Shown here piece by piece: positions 55,585 to 56,317 of a stretch of 56,317 nt of DNA. The DNA lies in contig CAZVPY010000001.1 in assembly GCA_964629135.1 (NCBI GenBank), forward strand, positions 38,011 through 94,327, in the 5' to 3' direction. The DNA comes from an uncultured Thermotogaceae bacterium (lineage in GTDB: Bacteria; Thermotogota; Thermotogae; MWEM01). The position numbers and the translations under genes were made by a program. The notes beneath the pieces were generated by a model, which was given only the letters and a program-made list of their open reading frames with translations, searched no databases and had not been told where the DNA came from. How positions within the stretch are numbered: position 1 is the stretch's first letter; every line of letters starts with the position of its first letter.

Positions 55585-55817
55585 CGATTTTTTCCTCCTC
55601 TTTTGATTCGAATATTGGTGGGGACTGGATCGTAACCACCTTTTCCAAAGGGGTTACATCGGATAATTCTCCAAAAACTTAAAACCGTTCCCAAAAAAAA
55701 ACCATGCCTTTCATAGGCTGTCAAGGCATAGGTTGAACATGTGGGATAAAATCTACAGGTTGGAGTACGTTTCATAGGAGATAACCATTTTTTATAATAC
55801 TTTATGATGAAGATCAT
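55581..55817 (-). CDS. yidD: membrane protein insertion efficiency factor YidD
   Basis: It has YKKWLSPMKRTPTCRFYPTCSTYALTAYERHG...RIIRCNPFGKGGYDPVP. I chose the ATG at 55817 (MIFIIKYY). The longer track ORF overlaps rnpA in another frame. Confidence 0.85.
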   Translation of the reverse strand: MIFIIKYYKKWLSPMKRTPTCRFYPTCSTYALTAYERHGFFLGTVLSFWRIIRCNPFGKGGYDPVPTNIRIKRGGKNR

Positions 55818-55833
55818 CAATTTACTTGGTAAT

Positions 55834-56187
55834 TTAAACAAGTCCTTTGAACAACTCCTCCAATTCAACGGCGATTTCTCTGTAGTGTAACCCATCAAAC
55901 TTTTTTGATAATCTCTTTCTTGGTAAAACAAAGACATCGATACCTGAGGGGAACTTCATTTTATGTAATCTGAAATATTCACGGCAATACCTTTTCAATC
56001 TATTCCTTTTGACCGCATTGCCAAATTTTTTTTTGACACTTACTCCAAATCTTCTTTTTTCAGTACAGTTTTTTTTAATAAAAGCGATAAAATCATCTGT
56101 CTGAAAGATTTCACCCGTTTGAACGATGTCTTTGATCTCTGCATTTAACCTTAATCTTTCCGCTTTAGAAAAAGAATAAACACTCAG
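55834..56187 (-). CDS. rnpA: ribonuclease P protein component
   Basis: This ORF is absent from the track. Hand translation gives (L)[75 protein letters not shown]...ELFKGLV*, with the RNR motif [11 protein letters not shown]. It sits between rpmH and yidD. The start codon is uncertain (see findings). Confidence 0.8.
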   Translation of the reverse strand: MSVYSFSKAERLRLNAEIKDIVQTGEIFQTDDFIAFIKKNCTEKRRFGVSVKKKFGNAVKRNRLKRYCREYFRLHKMKFPSGIDVFVLPRKRLSKKFDGLHYREIAVELEELFKGLV

Positions 56188-56317
56188 AGTGCGAGTCGCT
56201 TCCTTCCTTTTCTTCTTCTATTCGCCAAAATTCTTCTTCCGCTGCTCGTTTTTTTTCTCGCAAAAAAACCGTGTGTGTTCCTTCTTTTCCTGCGTGACGG
56301 CTGATAAGTTCTTTTCA
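56184..56317 (-). CDS. rpmH: 50S ribosomal protein L34 (first base of the start codon lies just outside the window)
   Basis: The reverse strand reads (A)TG AAA AGA ACT TAT CAG CCG..., giving [44 protein letters not shown] (44 aa). Confidence 0.88.
   Translation of the reverse strand, partial: KRTYQPSRRKRRNTHGFFARKKTSSGRRILANRRRKGRKRLAL

Noticed and set aside
1-56317. I scanned the whole window for CRISPR arrays, tRNA or rRNA genes, IS elements, long inverted or direct repeats, and toxin-antitoxin pairs.
   Set aside because: I found none by eye. The only internal similarity noticed is the lptF/lptG-like paralog pair. A computational repeat search (for example self-dotplot, tRNAscan-SE, CRT) would be needed to be definitive.

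Overview
This is an AT-rich bacterial chromosomal window. I find about 58 protein-coding genes, one tmRNA gene (ssrA, 25760..26114) and several intrinsic terminators and sigma70-like promoters. I recognised no rRNA, tRNA, CRISPR array, IS element, integrase or prophage gene. All family calls come from reading motifs in the supplied translations, because no searches were run.

Genes lie in alternating strand blocks:
- minus, 1-11.9 kb
- plus, 12.0-25.7 kb, very tightly packed with many overlapping stop/start codons
- minus, 26.1-29.7 kb
- plus, 29.7-33.4 kb
- minus, 33.4-47.5 kb
- plus, 47.7-50.0 kb
- minus, 50.05-56.3 kb

Most of the content is housekeeping: recQ, serS, rlmN, lgt, dnaB, tldD/pmbA, coaE, pheST, queD, ahcY, ligA, rpe, an ACP, and jag-yidC-yidD-rnpA-rpmH at the right edge. 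The rest includes:
- sugar and compatible-solute genes: a sucrose-phosphate-synthase-like GT4, a fructokinase, a malic enzyme and a GH13_18 phosphorylase
- signalling genes: REC-Hpt, a BTAD regulator, HD-GYP, GlpP and Fur
- envelope genes: an LptF/LptG-like pair, an M50 protease and a large exported HExxH/propeller protein

The L34 and RnpA sequences, the long-P1 YidC and the LptFG-like pair suggest a Thermotogota-like (Petrotogales-like) organism. That is inference only.

The most unusual locus is a translationally coupled pair at 41359..44483. A four-helix membrane protein is followed by a 676-aa Hsp70/actin-fold ATPase that has no DnaK-type substrate-binding domain and instead has a glycine-rich membrane hairpin. 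The pair sits in one apparent operon with a secreted alpha/beta hydrolase and a GH13_18 phosphorylase, behind a consensus promoter.

Other points of note:
- a PurH paralog whose catalytic motifs are degenerate
- a REC-Hpt protein next to a BTAD regulator with a degenerate GGDEF-like tail
- an untracked 46-aa ORF with a strong RBS and terminator
- a radical SAM gene coupled to tldD/tldE
- an ACP with an acidic tail
- rnpA with no canonical start codon
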